Shown here: positions 49,301-62,589 of the stretch, in pieces | How the letters are laid out: every line of letters starts with the position of its first letter | How positions within the stretch are numbered: the first letter of the stretch is position 1 | DNA from: Octopus sinensis | Taxonomy: Eukaryota | Direction of reading: 5' to 3' | Assembly: GCF_006345805.1 (NCBI RefSeq) | Contig: NC_043022.1 | Span: forward strand, 10,416,001-10,480,000 | DNA length: 64,000 nt | Program-made: the position numbers and the translations under genes | Notes under the pieces: model-generated | What the model was told of the DNA's origin: nothing | Databases searched by the model: none | The model's input: only the letters and a program-made list of their open reading frames with translations

Positions 49301-50550
49301 CTAGCAGAATTGCCTGGCGATGCTCGGGGCTGAATTGCTTGAAAGTACCGTTAATGATTGCACTGAATTATGATTATTCAGGCAAATATTGATATAAGTT
49401 TAAGGTGGGAGATAAGGACTTAACGATCAAACGTGTGCCATTGCATTGTTTTGGGGGAACCAAATTTCTAATGAGCATTATAGGGGCACCAACTTTAAGT
49501 TTGAGAATGTGTGGTGATAGTCCGGGGGGCTCAAAGGAATTGAGTACTTCTATTGGATAGTTGATGACGTCCTCTGGGTCAGGAGTTGTATCGATAGACT
49601 TATATACATAGACATCCCCAGGAATGAGTTTTAGCATTTCATCATTAATATGGTGAACAGTTTTATTCCTCGGGGCCAGAATAGCCCTTTGGCCAATCCA
49701 ATTCATATTCTGATAATTATCTTGTAGATCTGGGAACACTGCATCTCTGAGATCAGAAGGCGTTTTAACAATGGTACAAATGGAATCGATGGCAATATTA
49801 CCATTTTCATCCCCTGGTATTTTGCCTTCGCCAAGTGCAAGGAGGGTGTGAGAAAATGTTGCTGATGTGATATTACGTCGCATATGAGCACGCATATTGG
49901 TGTGAAGTTTGAGAGTCTTCACCAGTGGCCACAATGTGGATGACTTAAGACACGCACTTACTGCATCAGTTCTAGTCCCTTTGGGAATAACGGAAAGTGT
50001 TTGTCGGAAGTCCCCTGAAAGAAGAAGTGTTATGCCTCCCATGGGAGCTGAAGAGTGTTTGATGTCTCTGAGAGATCTATTTAGTGCCTCAAGAGCACCT
50101 CTGTGGGCCATCGTGCATTCATCCCAAATGATAAGCTTGCATCGTCTGAAGACTTCTGCCTGATCGGAGCTGTTACTGATGTTGCAAGTTGGTTTCTCAG
50201 TCTTCGCTAAGTCAAACGGAAGCTTGAAAGTGGAGTGAGCTGTCCTGCCGCTTGGCAACAAAGTAGCTGCAATTCCAGATGATGCCACAGCTAGGGCAAT
50301 GCCTTGTGTTCGCCTAATCTCAGCCAATATTAATTTGTTGAGAAAAGTTTTCCCAGTGCCCCCAGGAGCGGCCAGGAAAAATATCCCCACAGCTTTGGCC
50401 CGGACTGAATTAACAACGGAGTTGTAAGCGAACTTCTGTTCTGAAAGGAGCTTTGGCTCATTGTTGGCTATGTACTCGGCAAGCTCGTCAACATTAAAAC
50501 ATGTCTCACGCAGCAAATGTGAAGACAGAGTGTTTGTGCCTTCCCGCCCA
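49301..50550 (-). mobile_element. Helitron fragment with PIF1-family helicase ORF (49374-50516) and Helitron 3' terminus
   Basis: Motifs APGGTGKT, ASSGIAA, GRTAHS, IWDEC, GDFRQ and LKVGAPIMLIRNL..CNGTRL. The minus-strand 3' end is a subterminal hairpin (cccgagcatcgccagg) then CTAG|T at 49304-49300. The 5' boundary is unclear. Confidence 0.92.
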
Positions 50551-50665
50551 TATCAAGTACAGTATCTTCGAACGTAGTTTGTTACCACACAGCCACACCT
50601 GCCCCTATGTGTGTGTGTATGGGTAGATATATTATGCATGTATATATGTGTACATATTACATGTA

Positions 50666-50710
<45 letters not shown>

Positions 50711-52654
50711 TATATATATATATATCTACACATAAAATACAAAATAGAAAGTTATATCTTGATATCACTAGTGATAACAATACTCAAAATATATAACAGA
50801 CTGGAATTGTAGGCCCGTCTCTTGCAATTTCGATCAATTGGATTTTGTATAGAAGTGTACGGCTGCAGCGAAATTCATTTTTGGACTTTCTTCTATCGAA
50901 GGTATTTTAACAAAAATGCTTCCGTAAAGACGGTGAAAATATTGTCAATTTCCCCAAACAGGGACACAATTCAATTTTAAAACAATAACCAAACCCCCTT
51001 CTCCGAAAGGGGGAGGGTTACGATTTACAATTATTTAACAAATGCAACACAACAACGTTTCCCTGACGAGGAACCAACAAACGTGATTACAATAGTCAAA
51101 CAGTAATAATAATAACAACAAACCTTTTTAATGTATCCCCATTTATGTGAAACCACTTATTCAAGTTCAAGTCATTGATGCAATTTTATACGAATTGCTA
51201 ATACACACATAATAAGGGTGAAAAATTGAATATTAATTTGATTAATATGAATTGAAAACCAGTGGTGTAGCATATAAGACCACAGCGGATCTTCTTCTAG
51301 CAAAAAGGATGACCAGTATTAATTGCTCATCCCTTTTATATAAATACTTTCACTTTAATTGTTGCACACTTGCAAAGAGAAAGGAGGAGAAAGTGTAGTG
51401 GTAATGGTAGGAGTGAAGCACTTGAAATGAAAGAGGGAAATCGTAAAATATTTACTTTTCTTGAATTTTTTCTTAATTAGGGGTGAAATTGAAAAAACTT
51501 TACATGCCACAACCCGATGGAATCTACTTGTAAAAATGATAGGTAAATTCCAATTGAAGAAATTCTATATTGTAGAATTGTATAAAACGAACGGTTTGGG
51601 AGGCAGAGAAAATCTGCCTTTTATCATAAGAGATAATAAAAGCTGACAATTTTTTTTTTATCTTGTATTTATTTTGTAAACAAATATTACAATATTTCAT
51701 AAGTATTTTATAATGTTTCTCTCTTTTCTGGAAACTGGCCACTTACCAGCAGTGGATGGCTCGCAGACCGGCACCGGTCCATTGACCACTACTTTGAGTA
51801 GCACTGCCATAGATAGTAGAATCCGAGAATGTGGGACAAAATACCTCATAGTCATTTAGGCATGATCATTGACATTCTGAGTCAACCTTGCCTGCTGCTG
51901 CTCCCTTTGGGTTCAAAAACAAATACTAATTAGGTATTGGTTTCAATATAAATATTTCAAATTTTTGGTAGGGGGTTAGCAATTTTATGGGGATGGGATG
52001 GGGTTAGTTGATTACATGGACCCCAGCATTTGATTTAGTGTAATGTTTTATTAACCCCTGAGAGGATGAAAAGCAAAGCTGACCTTCCTGGGATTTACAG
52101 TCAGCATGTAAAAATCCACAAGAATGCTGCTAAGTATTTTTGTCCAATGTACCAATGATTCTACCAGTTCAATAACTGCATTTCTTCCCAAAACATGTGG
52201 CTTTGTACCTATATCAAAAATCATTATTGATATTCAAAAAGTTTATAGGATTGTGAACAGGTAAATGTAGTAGAGTTCTGTACTAGGCACTTTGTGGTAT
52301 TTACAAACAAATAACAGCTGTCCCAGGAACCTGGTGGAAGTTTGCATTGGTAAAAACTATGCAGTGATGTTCATGAGTATGGATAAGTTTATAAGTATGA
52401 TATGCAAGGAAGAGAAATATATATATATATATATATACATTTGTGTGCAAGCAAATTTTCTGTCATTGTCAATGCGACGATCACACACTACACACCTTTC
52501 TTTCAAGCACTTCTGTTAACAGTGAACATGAGCTAGAATGTTAAAATTTAGTGCACATGCACAGCAGTGTTCAAGGTCAATCTATGTCAAGCAGCTTCAC
52601 TCTCCGTGCTTTAGCTTCGTTACTATAGCAACAATCCGCATACTTATTGATCAG

Positions 52655-52695
<41 letters not shown>

Positions 52696-53039
52696 GCAGG
52701 TAAAACACACATATCAAAGATAAAGAATTAACAGATCTATGCATATCATCATTTAATACACCCCTTTTTTTCCCCATGCTGGCATGAATTGGACGGTTTG
52801 ACAAGGACAAATGAGCCAGAGGGCTCTACCCAGTCCTATGCCTGCACATGCTCATATATATTTATACGTACATTTTCACAAATGATTGCCGTTCTCTTGT
52901 ACTTCCTCGTTGTCAATAGCATTTCTGACTTGCTATCCATGATATCTTGGACGACTATTCAGATCTGCTGCAGATTTGCATGGTCTGAAGCTTAGATGAC
53001 AGACAAAAATTGTAACTAACTGTGTGCTTCCAACCAGTG

Positions 53040-53355
53040 AGGTCTGCACACATCGCCACTTCTATTGCCAAAAGACTTTCAGAAACATTTTTTCACGCTA
53101 AGAGTTGCTGAAGCATGGAACAGACTGCCGGCATCAGTTGTTAGTTGTCGGAGCACTGCATCCTTCAAAACTTCCATGCTTCCTGAGATTCGCCAACACT
53201 GCACCTGATTTTCTCCCCTCCATACGCACACAAGCATGTATCTGACTCATACACTGTTCACTTCCCACACATTTGTACATTACTGCATATGCTTTATACG
53301 CACTTTTTGACAAGTTGTGGTGCACCTGAGCACTGTATACAATAATTCCATTATT
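53040..53355 (+). mobile_element. CR1/L2-like LINE 3' end
   Basis: Reads KHFFTLRVAEAWNRLPASVVSCRSTASFKTSM. The 3'UTR is shared with 29490-29645. Confidence 0.8.
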
Positions 53356-54385
53356 AGATGGAATGACAAATGAGATCACCATAAAGAGACCATCTTTATG
53401 TCATTGGATTATAGTGATAAACGTTTGTACAACACAAGTACCACACATTGAGGTCCTATGTTTAGTACCTAGTGACAGGCTTAAAGTGAGATGATCAGCA
53501 ATCACGTGAAATTGCTGGTTTTTTGTCAGAGTGTCCCTCTCATAGAAGGATGCTGTGTGACAACAACTAGAGATCCCTTACTCTCAGTAGTTTCATTGTG
53601 TGCCCTGACACCAACCAAGAGTGTTTCTGCATCCTTGAACTCAGATTCATCATCGTCATTTAGCACCCATTTTCCATGCTGGCATGGGTTACATGGTTTG
53701 ATTGGAACTGGTAAGCCAGAGAGTTGCACCTGGCTGAAGTCTGTTTTGGCTTGGTTTCTACAGCCCTTCCTAATACAAACCATTTCACAGTGTGTACTTG
53801 GTGTCTTTCACATGTCACAAGCATGGGTACCATCTATGCATCAGTGGCAAGGGTATGTTTTACATATTAGTGGCTTGGGTGGTTATTACATGTCACTGGC
53901 ACAGATGCCTGCTTTGTGTCACTGGCAGGGATTGTTATTACATATACTTGTTAAGCTATAGCTGAGACCCTGATAGGTGCTACTCTGGGCCAGTGTGGCA
54001 CCTGGGAACAATAGTGGCAAAGAGGTGATTCCAAACCCCTCAAAACCCTGGAACTCCCAAACCAGAGCCCCACTACCGAATGCATTTTGAAGTCACACCC
54101 AAAACATACATATATATGTGTATGTGTGTGGCTTACCAGAGTGTTTGTTGATCTAGTGCAGCGCTCCGCAACCAGCATGATGTGGCATACTGGTGTGTCA
54201 CGAGACAATGCTAGGTGTGCTGCAGTGTAACTTGAATATAATGTTTTCCCCTGTACTTTTAGTTATATTTTTAGTCCAGATGTGCTGCCAAATTTTGAAA
54301 AAAATATAAGTGGACCACAAATGAAAAATTGTTATGGAGCACTGATCTAGAGTGATTTGCATTTAACCAGTTTGACAACAATTCG

Positions 54386-54722
54386 GTGCAACACCAGTGC
54401 AGAATCAGCTCCCTCCGACAAGTCATCCTAACAAGACGTCTGCGTTGGCTGGGTCATGCCCTCCGTCATCAACCAGGAGAATTCATCTATGAAGCAATTG
54501 CCCCAGCTCCCCTTCAGGTTTGGCGAAAGCAATGTGGTGGACAACGAAAAACCTGGCTGATCTGGAACCCAACCTAGGCCCCCATATCTACGTCGTTGGC
54601 TGCTGGAATAAGGAGTGGTTGGAGATCACGCAGTCATTAGCCTCAAATCGCCAGACCTGGTCGGCGTTTGTGAGAGATGCAGCATTGAGGATGAATGAAG
54701 CCAGCTCAACCCACTCCAGGTG
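54386..54722 (+). mobile_element. RTE-like LINE C-terminal fragment
   Basis: RRLRWLGHALR...GGQRKTW, then after a frameshift ...ASNRQTWSAFV. Confidence 0.75.
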
Positions 54723-56956
54723 AATGCTGTAAAAAGAAGTTTGACAGGAGAGTAGAACGCTGTGACAACAAATAGGGGTCCCTCACTCCTGGTAGTTTTA
54801 CTGTTTGCCTTGACATCAACCAAGGATAATTCTGTTTTTGTATTTGGATGGGTTGTCATCTCATATATTTGTTAACCCACTACTGAAAGCATACATTTTA
54901 TGGTTATTCCCAAGACACACGTGTGTGTGTCTTACTAGAGTGTTTGTTGAACCAGTGTGATTTGCATTTAACCACTTTGACAGGAGTAAAATGTTTATTT
55001 CTTGGCTGGAGATGTGTGTGAAGGTTTCAGTATGTATGTTTGCTTACACACAAATTCTATGTAAATGTTAACGTGTATATATGGTACCTGCTCATCTATT
55101 ATTTACCTTCAATATATTTTTTTCATTTTATAAACATAAACTGAACCATTACCAACAAAGTAAGGATCACCGTCATCATTATTTGTCTCTATTTAGTCCC
55201 AAATCAGTTCTGATGCACAGCATCCCACCGAGGCCATCCCGTCTTATGATTTGTCTGCCATATCGTATATCTAATACATTTTCAAATATGACCAGCCATT
55301 ATTTTTAAAACGATAGTGTATCATAAAAAAAATTAGCTGCTATATCTAGCAGATCAGGCTACCCTTAGAGTGGATCTTCTTTTTTGCTCGTTTACTAGAC
55401 GGTAGTGGATAAAGCTTATCTGGTAAAATCGGCTTAATGAGATTGATAAATTAGCGACGAGAGAGAATGTAAGTGAATCCAGCCGGTTCCGGAAACATCT
55501 TTCTGTAACAATAATACACAACTTCCTAAAACAAACAGCTTTTAGTCATACGATCAAATACAATTGTTATTGTTTTGCAACAAGTCAGTTCCGATTTTGT
55601 AGACCTGATCGAAGGCATTCGAATCGCGACCACCCTTGATCATTTTGATCTATCAACAACGTCACATAACCATAATAGAGCATAGGCCTTAGTCCACTGA
55701 TTTGGAGGGCGGGAACAGCTGCTGACATATTTTACTGACATTGGAAAGATTAAATAAGTTGACCTCGGTAGGATTTGAACTCAGAGCCTTAAGGGTCTTA
55801 ACTAAATAACTGCACTAACGATTCTACCAAATAATAATTAATAAATACCTTATCTGAAGAGAAAATAGTGGAAATGTTATTTAACCCCAGGTCAATAAAG
55901 ACCTGGCAAGTCTAAAGCATTCCAGTAGTGACCATCCTACTACAAGGGATAGTTCTAAATATCCCCAATCTATCTAATGTTTTCCTTCTGCTTCAAAGAC
56001 AATAAATTCGGAATCTGGAGGAAACTTGGCTGCTATTTCTGGCACTAGGGGCTCTCATGTTTTACACCTATTACACACATTTTTTTTTTGATTTTCTGAT
56101 AGACGTAACGCCCTATATTAACCCTTTTTTTATGGAAATGTGCGAATCGGCGAATCTCGTAATGTTTATATATCTATACAATGGTATTCTTTCGTTTTGA
56201 CTATACAATAAGGTTTTGGTCATTTCAAAAATATACTGGTCTCTCTCACCCATCTCAGTATGTGTATTTGAAATTCAATATTGCATAAGGGCTTTATCAT
56301 AACTATATGTGTACGTGTGTGGGATTTCTAAAGCTGTTATCTTCCTCTGGGCTATTTCAGTTTCGTGTTTCCACTTGCCAGACTGTTTGACAAGTGAAAA
56401 CACGAAAATTAAATCACCTGAGAAGTTATCAACTTCGAAGATAAATATATATATTTATATATAAACATAAATTACATGATGTATTGGATATCATTATCTT
56501 CCAAACGCATATTGTCTGTGTATGTAGATAATCCTGGTAAAGGGGTTAAGAAGCTTACCAGCACGTGGTTCTGGGTTCGATCACAGTGTGTCAGCATTTG
56601 GAACAAATATTATCCTATTTATAGCCTCGTGTCGACGAACACACCGAAGGAAACTATGCAGAACTTGCGGTGTGAATGTATGTGTGTATGCACGCGCGCA
56701 TGTATATATATATATGTGTGTGTGTGTGGAGAGAGAGAGAGAGAGAGAGAGAAATGTCTGTATCTATTAACCAAAATGATCGAGTGAACGAAACCGTGGT
56801 CGGGATATGTAATCCCTCCTTGCTGTACGCATAAATACATATTAGACTCCAAACATTTTTCTAATACAGGAGGTTACACTGAGTACTTCCATAGTTTTCA
56901 ATTACAACAACACATAGATATACAAACACAAACTTAACTGGCTTCAAAGAACTCAC

Positions 56957-57687
56957 CTTTCTTGCATTTCTGATGCTGTTCTATGGAAACGAGGAAGTGG
57001 CGACGAGAGATAAGTCCTATTACCACTGTTATTAAGAGGACTACGGAATTTCCCACCGCTGTTAGTCCTTAATTGTTCATTAGGTGTGTTCATATTAGTG
57101 TTTCTGTTTCTGTGCCGCGGGTGATGTCTGGGAGACATCGGTGTGTAGGCTGTGCATCTCGCCATCGGAGATGAACCAGACAAATCACCGTCAACTGCAG
57201 CACTTCTTTTGTTGAGGTTTCTCTTCCGACTAATATTGCGGATCCCATCGGAAGACGAAGGCGTTTTCGAGACCCCACCATCCTTATTGTTTCGCTTAAA
57301 CAGTGAAAACAAAGAGAAGCCTGTCCTACCTTCTCCAAACATAGCAGCTAAGACAGACGAAACCGTATTTGGACGGTGTTTGTTGTCCCAAAGTTTTTCG
57401 TTTCGATTGTTCCAGTTCAAATTCGGATATAGGTTTCCTTTCGAGCCGTCTGCTTTGACGACTTTGCCACACTTGTCTGGTATATTTCGGCCAAAGTTCT
57501 GGCAGAAGTTGACCACAGTAGAAAGCCAGAGACTCTCTTCTTGTTGGGAAGGCCCAGTTTTCTTCAGAAACAAGTAGCAACTTACTAGACATGCGCAGTA
57601 CAGTAGAAATGCTGTAAATCCAAACAGATATTGAATTATTAAACCTGCTGATAGGATAGCGATTACCACATTTAGAAATTTAGTCAT
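56957..57687 (-). CDS. POM121: POM121-like nucleoporin, exon 1 (N-terminal membrane anchor, then basic/Ser-rich region)
   Basis: ATG in AAAATG context. Hydrophobic residues ~5-41 (LNVVIAILSAGLIIQYLFGFTAFLLYCACLVSCYLFL). Donor AG|GTGAGT, phase 2, matches exon 2. Confidence 0.88.
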
Positions 57688-57690
57688 TTT

Positions 57691-57822
57691 CTATAAAAAC
57701 TCTACATTCTTCTTCATTTCGTCTGTCAACGAGGAGACATTGCATGCTGCGAGAAGAAGCAAAGGACAGGAAGATATAGTAAGCACTAGGGCAACCGAAA
57801 AATCGCAAACGCTCATTGCCAT
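57691..57822 (-). other. In-frame upstream ORF (43 aa, hydrophobic), ending TAG-AAA immediately before the POM121 ATG
   Basis: ATG at 57822 is 135 nt upstream of ATG 57687. The only in-frame stop is TAG at 57693-57691. Confidence 0.5.
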
Positions 57823-57959
57823 TGGATAATAGTCTTTACGTTTAATTTCAAAAATCGTTAATATTATTTCCAACAATACTTATGTTATAATTTATTTATA
57901 AATTAGATTTATGCAATACTAATTTATTTTTTAATGAATCTAATTATTGTTCAGACAAT

Positions 57960-58100
57960 AAATATACGGACTTCAAACTAGCTCCGTCGCCATTGGTTGA
58001 GAGATCGTCAGTTTGAATTCTGAAGCGGTTTATTTAAAGAAGGATTTTCGAACGGAAATTTGTGAATTCACCGAAGCTCGAGGTTTGTTGTTTACTTTAT
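57960..58100 (-). promoter_or_regulatory. Possible core promoter/TSS region of the POM121-like gene
   Basis: Repeat-free and relatively CpG-rich. CCAATGGCGAC (YY1-like ATGGCG) on the minus strand near 57990. Confidence 0.3.
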
Positions 58101-61100
58101 TTACGAATATACCTTATGAAATCCAATCATCTTTTACTAAATACTTTATATCTATATATCTCTCATAATTTCAATATAGAAGTGTAATTTGTTTTAATTA
58201 TCTGGACATTTAATTACGTTTGTTGTGTTTATATTTCCTTCCTTCGTCATTCAACTTTCTATGGATTTCAATTTGATTCCGATTTCACGAAGTGGGTCCT
58301 AATAGCCGTTCGATGTTTTAAAAGATCTTACTGTATTTTTATAGTTAAATATTAGGAATTATATTTAAAAAATTGTGGTAATGGTAAATTTTCGCACTTG
58401 TAAAAATTTACCAGACTTTTTAAAGTTTTGTGTGTGAAGCATCGAAAAATCGTGCTTTATATATTAACCGAAAAGGTTAATATACAGATGATCTATATAT
58501 TAACCGAAAAATCTTTCCTTATATTTTATCAGGTTCGTTTCCTTAGTACAAGATGAGCATTTCGGTGTTATAATTCAGCACTTTCTTCTTTAGAAATGGG
58601 CCGACTTTCGTTTTGAATCTCAGACTTGTCAACTAATTTTCGCCCTTTTCCGCGAGATGGTCTACAAATGAATATCCAGTTTCAAAACTCACAAAACATT
58701 TTAATTAACAATAACTCTCCATGAGTCCCAAAATATCTTCTCTTGTAGGAGTATAACCTATTACACATAAACTTTAACAACTGACTAAATTTTATTGAAA
58801 ATGAAAGTTTAGTAAATTAAATCATAGATATCCAAGGACATATTTATTTTTTAAAAAAAACGATACTTCTTTAGTACTACTATATTCAATGTAATCTTTG
58901 CAATATTCGGCTCCGACATTGTCAGTATTAATCGGAGATCAACTCTTTGTAGAATGTCGAGTCGGTTACGAGCTTTTGATATTTAAGTTAAGAGACCAGA
59001 CATAAACTAGATTCAACGGAAAAATCAGGGACGTACAACTATAATTCTCCCAGAGTAGTTAATATATTTTAGCAGTGTCATTAGTTTTCCATTCATTTTG
59101 CTTATTTTAAAATCTTGGTTCAAATGTTTTATCCCTCTGCAATTCAATAAGATTCTCCTGCAAACGAACATCTACATTAACTTCAAAAGGAAGTACCAGA
59201 GAACCGTTCGTGGATCTTTTCCTTTTGAACGGCAGACAATTTCTAGTTAACTAAACACTTTAAAACTTCGTATACTGGTAGAATGTGTCAAAATAAAACA
59301 TTTTTTTCTCTTGGCATTCTTGAGAAAATTGTGGACACTCAGGTTACTTTTTGCTTGCACAGATTCCCAGGGGTCTTATGGACCTCGGGTGAGAGCCACT
59401 GATGTAAAATCAATCAACGATGACGGAATGTGCTGACAGAGACAGACTTTTTTTCCCCCCCACGTTTTTGCAGCATCACTTCATGCACTTTTGAATTAAT
59501 TGTTTTTATATATATATAGTGGGCTGGATGTGATGTGCCATATCAATTCGATATGATGTAGCCTACTACTGAATGTAGCGTGTAGATGTAACGCTTGAAG
59601 GTTCTCATGCCGGAGTACCAGCAAACATCGAAGAATCAACACCAAGAAGGAAGAAATATTATTTACATATGTTTATTCGTTTGCCCGACAGGTAGTTAAA
59701 GAGACAGTAGCAATTCTAGCGATAGTGACAAGAAGGATGGCTCGCTGGTTAGTAGTTGATAGTGTAGAAAAAGGTTGTCTGTCAGTAGAGAGTGAAAGAG
59801 TAAGGAATGTACGGTGCTGACTAGAAAGGATAAAGTTGGCATCGCCTTTCTTGCTGCCGAAAGGCTCTTTTCGCATATCGAGCGAAGGGAAATGCTGCTC
59901 TTAGTTAAGGCTGACGCAGAAGCGGGCATTGCTCCTTGGTCATTAGCTGATACATAAGAGGAAGAGATAGGAAATTCTCTCTGTTATATAGACTATGGTC
60001 AGTAGTGTAGGTCAAACCCTAATCCAAGGACTAACCTTTTCTTGACCAGCACAGGTCCTAGGGGGTCGAGTGTTTCCTCATCAATCATTTGGTGTGGAGA
60101 GGATTACCCGCTCGTTTTGACAAGCAGCAAGCTGGTAGATTTGGTTTCAAATCTCAGGCAGGGTCAAACTAGATACGTTAGCACGCCGGGCGAAATGCGT
60201 AGTCGTATTTCGTCTGCCGTTACGTTCTGAGTTCAAATTCCGCCGAAGTCGACTTTGCCTTTCATCCTTTCGGGGTCGATAAATTAAGTACCAGTTACGC
60301 ACTGGGGTCCATGTAATCGACTTAATCCGTTTCTCTGTCCTTGTTTGTCCCCTCTGTGTTTAGCCCCTTGTGGGTAGTAAAGAAATATATAGATCACTGT
60401 ATCGGATGTTGTTATACATCGCTGGTCACAATGAGCTTCCCATTATTGAATGCGCCCTTCTTTTTTCATCTTTACTTTAAATCGTCTTCATCGTCATAGA
60501 AGCCTTCCGATTTGCTTTTTCTGTCACACACGCAAAACATCTCCCAAGAAATTTTCTAGTTTCTCTATGAATATCATCTCAGCATTTCGAATGCATTCAG
60601 CTAAACTTCTGATGTCTCGTTTCCCAATACAAGATGCATGTGTGTAGCTGATATTAGAGTTTATAAACTCTCAAAAGAACAAAAGAACGTTTTTTTTCTT
60701 TTTTTTTTTTTTGGAAATTGTGGATCTTGAAACACGTTATAAATAATAACATGTAAATATTGAGTTTAAAAACCCTTCATAAATCCTAAAATGTTGACTT
60801 TTTTTCCCAAGTTTTTCTTTCTTTACTAAAAGTTTTAAAATACAGACAGTCCGACGGGTTAAATGGTGTGCTTCGATCACAACCCCGCCCTTTTATCTGT
60901 GTTCGTCATCATGCGGAGAGCCGGCGAGGTCCACTCTCACCAAGTGCTCTCCATCGCTGTCAGCTCCTCTGCATCTTCTAAGGTGACCTCGAACCTCTGG
61001 AAATCTTCCTTAATTGCTTCCAATCATCTTGTGTAAAAACAATTGTCCCACCCAAGAATTTCTCCGTTTATGTGGGGATTTTTTTTTGTATCCCACATTT

Positions 61101-61254
61101 CAAAACAATGGAGAGCTCCCTTCAATCCTCCCCCAGCCCTAAAAATCCGTTTTTTTTTTTTTTATTTAACGTCTGCTCTCAGCATCTTCCGTCGTTCCTT
61201 CACACGACAACAGCTATCACTAATCTTTTCTTTTTTTTTTTTTAATTTTATTCA

Positions 61255-62578
61255 TCATCGTCATCATTGTCGTTTAACGTCCGTTCTCCATGCTAGCATG
61301 GGTTGGACGGTTCGACCGGGGTTCTGGGAAGCCAGAAGGCTGCACCAGGCTCCAGTCTAATCTGGCAATGTTTCTACAGCTGGATGCCCTTCCTAACGCC
61401 AACCACTCCGTGAGTGTAGTGGGTGCTTTTTACGTGCCACGGTCAGATTGGTGTATTTTATGTGCCACCGGCACGGAAGCCAGTCGAGGCGGTGCTGGCA
61501 TCGGCCACGAGTCGGATAGTGCTTTTTACGTACCACCAGACCAGGGATCCTGGCTGGTTCAATTCGATTTCGATTTCGCTTGCCCCAACATGTCTTCACA
61601 AGCAAAGGGGGTTGGCATGGGTGCCTGTCGTACGGTCGCATTGGAGTATTTTACGTGCCACGGCCACGAGTCGGATAGTGCTTTTTACGTACCACCAGGC
61701 CAGGGATCCTGGCTGGTTCAATTCGGTTTCGATTTCGATTTCGCTTGCCCCAACATGTCTTCGCAAGCATGGGGGGTTGGCATGGGTGTCTGTCGTCGGA
61801 TGAGGTTCTATATCGACTTCGCTTGCCTCAACCGGTCTTTGTGTCCAAGGGAGGAAAGGCATTCATAAGTGGGCTGGGCTCACTTGTCCTGCCTGGTCTT
61901 CTCACGTACAGAATATTTCCAAAGGTCTCGGTCTCTGGTCATTTCCTCAGTGAGGCCTAAAGTTCGAAGGTCGTGCTTCACCACCTCGTCCCAGGTTTTC
62001 CTGGGTCTACCTCTTCCACGGGTTCCCTCAACTGCCAGGGATTGGCACTTTCTCACACACCTATCTTCATCCATTCTCGCCACATGACCATACCAGCGCA
62101 ATCGTCTCTCTTGCACACCACAACTGATGCTTCTTAGGTACAACATTTCTCTCAAGGTGCTAACGCTCTGTCGAGTATGAACACTGACATTACACATCCA
62201 TCGGAGCATACTGGCTTCATTCCTCACAAGCTTACGCATGTCCTCAGCAGTCACGGCCCATGTTTCACTGCCATGTAGCATGGCTGTTCGTACACACGCA
62301 TCATACAGTCTGCCTTTTACTCTGAGCGAGAGGCCTTTAGTCACCAGCAGAGGTAAGAGCTCCCTAAACTTTGCCCAGGCTATTCTTATTCTAGCAGTTA
62401 CACTTTCAGCGCACCCACCCCCACTACTGATTTGGTCACCTAGATAACGGAAGCTATCAACTACTTCTAGTTTTTCCCCCTGGAAAGTGACGGAAGTTGT
62501 TTTCTGCAGATTTTCGGAGGTTAATGCTCCCGAGCATCTGCCACATACAAAAACTATCTTCCCAGATCGCACAATTCT
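61255..62578 (-). mobile_element. 5'-truncated RTE-clade LINE (RT C-terminal ORF 61880-62590, 3'UTR, (GAT)n tail)
   Basis: LEVVDSFRYLGD, RIRIAWAKF, LHGSETW, RRLRWYGHV and RGRGRPRKTW are intact without stops. The 3'UTR is shared with many short copies in the window. Confidence 0.92.
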
Positions 62579-62589
62579 TAATACCTGCA

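Noticed and set aside
52865-52990. Coding-looking segment (MDSKSEMLLTTRKYKR...) with a GTACGT donor in intron 1
   Set aside because: The donor phase (0) does not match exon 2 (phase 2), and there are upstream stops in all frames.
59587-60122. Possible solo LTR (TGTAAC...TTGACA, with TATA and AATAAA on the minus strand)
   Set aside because: No TSD or second LTR could be identified, and the boundaries are uncertain.
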